Part shown: one piece after another, positions 48,422 to 50,768 of the stretch
Position numbering within the stretch: the first letter of the stretch is position 1
How the letters are laid out: every line of letters begins with the position of its first letter
From: a candidate division WOR-3 bacterium
Lineage (GTDB): Bacteria; Hydrothermota; Tepidihabitantia; SM23-42; JAOAFX01
Reading direction: 5' to 3'
NCBI GenBank assembly: GCA_039802265.1
Contig: JBDRWI010000008.1
Location: 1 to 50,768, forward strand
DNA: 50,768 bases
Translations under genes and position numbers: made by a program
Notes under the pieces: model-generated
Database searches by the model: none
What the model was told of the DNA's origin: nothing
Seen by the model: the letters and a program-made list of their open reading frames with translations, nothing else

Positions 48422-49407
48422 TAAAGAAGTTTACTCAATAATAGATAAGCCTCACGAGCATAATCTTTTATCTTTGGATATTTGTTCTCATATTTCTTAT
48501 AACCTATGACCTCCTTAAGCGCCTCCCTTGCCTTATCTTTTTCTTTCAATCGGTAGTGACATTTTCCAATATATAGTTTACACTGAGCAAGGTTTGAAAA
48601 ATTCTTTTCATTATGTTCTTCATATCTTCGGTAAAGCTCACTGTATAATTCAATTGCCCGAGAAAAATTTTCCTTCTTAAATTCCAGTTCTGCCTTATTC
48701 CATAAGAAGGTCTTTGATAATGGATATTCTTTGAGTAGACTATCAATGATAAGTGTAGCAATATCATATCTCTTTTCTTCCCCATAAATGAAAACCAGCG
48801 AATTCCTGGCGGTGGGACCGGTATAAATACCCTTTTCCGCCGCAACATGCAATTTCCTGATTGCCTCAGCTACATCGCCGTCAGTCAATTTTAGTATGGG
48901 TAGATAACGACTTGCCCTTGCCCAGAAGTATTCAAATGAACCGGCCCCGAGGTAGGCATCATAAAATTCAGGTTCTTTTTTAATTAAATTCTGTAGCATC
49001 CTTCCACCCTTCACTCCGTAATTGAAGACCTCAAGATAATCTCCCTTAAAACCCTCATAAACCGCCTGATAGGCATAAGACGAACCCAAATAATATTCTG
49101 CCCATAGATTTTCTTCTTTACTTAATATCTCAGCACAACTTTTCCTGACCGTCTCCATTAAAGAAAGATATTCCTTTTCATAATTGAAATGACTTTCGTC
49201 CATCATCCTCAATTGTAATAATGCTGCCTTGAAAAAATGACCGGCCGGGTTTGCCGGGAATATTGCTATCACCTGTTCAAAGTATACCTCAGCACTATCA
49301 AATTCTTCAATATAGGCAAAATCCAACCCCTTTTTTATTAAATCACAAACCTCGGGGGGATTCAGTTCGGTTGTGGAAAATATTATAAAAAGAGTAAAGA
49401 ATATCAT
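48421..49407 (-). CDS. Tetratricopeptide-repeat protein, probably exported
   Basis: Hydrophobic N-terminus; helical TPR-like repeats (PEFYDAYLGAG, A..LY..L, YIGKCHY). Confidence 0.75.
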   Translation of the reverse strand: MIFFTLFIIFSTTELNPPEVCDLIKKGLDFAYIEEFDSAEVYFEQVIAIFPANPAGHFFKAALLQLRMMDESHFNYEKEYLSLMETVRKSCAEILSKEENLWAEYYLGSSYAYQAVYEGFKGDYLEVFNYGVKGGRMLQNLIKKEPEFYDAYLGAGSFEYFWARASRYLPILKLTDGDVAEAIRKLHVAAEKGIYTGPTARNSLVFIYGEEKRYDIATLIIDSLLKEYPLSKTFLWNKAELEFKKENFSRAIELYSELYRRYEEHNEKNFSNLAQCKLYIGKCHYRLKEKDKAREALKEVIGYKKYENKYPKIKDYAREAYLLLSKLL

Positions 49408-50372
49408 GGAAGTTCAATCACCGAAAAATCACCGACATTCAATTTCTTGAAATTTCCACGCACCATCGCATTCTGACCGATGATTGAATTGGTGAGCATT
49501 GTATTTTCAATCATAGAATCATTATTGATAATGGAGTTTTGAATTATTGAGTTTTTTATCTTAACTCCATCGCCGATTGATACAAATGGACCAATTACTG
49601 AATCATTTATTTCAACTGAGTCGGGTATATAAACCGGCTTTATTATTACACAGCCACGGCGCGTGCGGCAGTAATGACTCTTTTTTAAAAGATGCTGATT
49701 GGTCTTGATTAAGGCTTCGGGCGTGCCGCAATCAAACCAATTCTTCACCCGTATCGCGAGGAATTTTTCACCGCGCCTTAATAAAAAAGACAATCCATCG
49801 GTCAACTGATATTCATTCTTGGTCATAATTTTCTTTTTTATAATATTGGACATTGCCCAAAAGACCTTCTTGCTGTCAGCAAAGTAATATAGTCCAACAA
49901 TTGCCAGGTTTGATTTTGGTTCTTCGGGTTTCTCAGCAACCGATTTGACATAACCTCCATCAATTTCTACAACCCCGAATCTCTTAGGCTCATCTACTTC
50001 CTTGACTGCCAGTTTACTAATCGATCCACAGGCAAATTTTTTTAGGTCGTAATCAACGATTGTATCACCGAGCAAAACCAGTGTCGGACCGGATACATCC
50101 CGTGCACCTAAATAAATGGCATGGCCAAGTCCCAGGCGTTCTTTTTGAACGACGAATTTAAAATCGAATTGATAATTTTTGCAGAACTGGACAATAGAAT
50201 CCGACTTTTTTCCTAAGACAATAATAACCTTTGATACATTTAAAGATTTCAGTCCCTCAAGGATATGCCCTAATATTGGTTTACCCGCAACATATAATAG
50301 ACATTTTGGTAGAAAATGGGTGTGGGGTTTTAAACGAACTCCCTCACCGGCAACCGGAATAATAACATTCAC
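49404..50372 (-). CDS. Sugar-phosphate nucleotidyltransferase (long glucose-1-phosphate thymidylyltransferase-like)
   Basis: IPVAGEGVRLKPHT...PKCLL, EKP, YQLTD, WFDCG and a C-terminal hexapeptide LbH domain. Confidence 0.9.
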   Translation of the reverse strand: MNVIIPVAGEGVRLKPHTHFLPKCLLYVAGKPILGHILEGLKSLNVSKVIIVLGKKSDSIVQFCKNYQFDFKFVVQKERLGLGHAIYLGARDVSGPTLVLLGDTIVDYDLKKFACGSISKLAVKEVDEPKRFGVVEIDGGYVKSVAEKPEEPKSNLAIVGLYYFADSKKVFWAMSNIIKKKIMTKNEYQLTDGLSFLLRRGEKFLAIRVKNWFDCGTPEALIKTNQHLLKKSHYCRTRRGCVIIKPVYIPDSVEINDSVIGPFVSIGDGVKIKNSIIQNSIINNDSMIENTMLTNSIIGQNAMVRGNFKKLNVGDFSVIELP

Positions 50373-50731
50373 TATAAACCTTTGAGTTTCTCTTTGAGTT
50401 CTTGCAACAATGCAATCGCCTCGTCGATTTTATCTTCATCAATCAATGCGGCAATCCTTGCTTTATATTCAATCTTTAAACCGGCACTCGTCGAGGCACC
50501 GAGACTTTCGATATCAAATTCATGCATTCCTTCGGTTCTAAATTCACGCTTCGGGGTCGGTTCGGGTTTTTCCTGAATTACCGGTGGGGGTGCCTTTTCC
50601 GGACTGATTTCGGTGACCTCCATATCTGGTGGTCTTTCCCCAATTTCTTCTTTTTTCTGCTTCTTTTCAATCAACAGATCAAATACCGATTCAGCCTTTT
50701 TATCCTTTTTCAATTTTTTGAGAAATTCCAT
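50372..50731 (-). CDS. Hypothetical protein
   Basis: 119-aa ORF with a purine-rich SD-like sequence upstream and its stop abutting the next start; Pro/Glu linker and C-terminal helical hairpin. Confidence 0.7.
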   Translation of the reverse strand: MEFLKKLKKDKKAESVFDLLIEKKQKKEEIGERPPDMEVTEISPEKAPPPVIQEKPEPTPKREFRTEGMHEFDIESLGASTSAGLKIEYKARIAALIDEDKIDEAIALLQELKEKLKGL

Positions 50732-50768
50732 AGGCCCCCTTTAACCAAGTTTTCCTTCTTTGTACAAG

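Noticed and set aside
50741..50768. Possible 3' end of an upstream minus-strand gene (LYKEGKLG*)
   Set aside because: Only 8 codons are visible at the window edge; cannot be identified.

Overview
AT-rich bacterial chromosomal segment made up mostly of housekeeping genes: recO, lepB, groES/groEL, scpA, secA, pdxJ-secD-secF-pgpA-cinA, thiC, ribD/ribE, rtcB-tldD-pmbA-uvrC, trpS, tRNA-Val(TAC) and tRNA-Phe(GAA). Interspersed are secreted proteins with T9SS/FlgD-Ig-like C-terminal domains (LVIVD-repeat protein, S8 protease, M23-like peptidase) and two outer-membrane beta-barrel candidates. This content suggests a diderm of the FCB/WOR-3 neighbourhood (inference only). No CRISPR array, rRNA, prophage or intact transposase was seen. 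Most interesting signals read from the DNA: (1) a very uniform TTGACN-16 nt-TATAAT promoter placed 4-8 nt before the start codon of about ten genes, implying pervasive leaderless mRNAs; (2) an unannotated ~88-nt long-hairpin RNA at 8666-8753 that starts at the same promoter offset and has a CUCCCUCC (anti-SD-like) apical loop; (3) an 8-Cys insertion inside SecA NBD2; (4) an AONS/SPT-fold protein lacking its catalytic Lys, coupled to secA and followed by a patatin gene; (5) a pgpA whose conserved N-terminus has no canonical start codon and can be reached by an AUA start or a -1 slip on an A7 run at the secF stop; (6) decayed DUF559 and four-helix-bundle cassettes with repeat flanks, and a triplicated operator around an ArsR gene.
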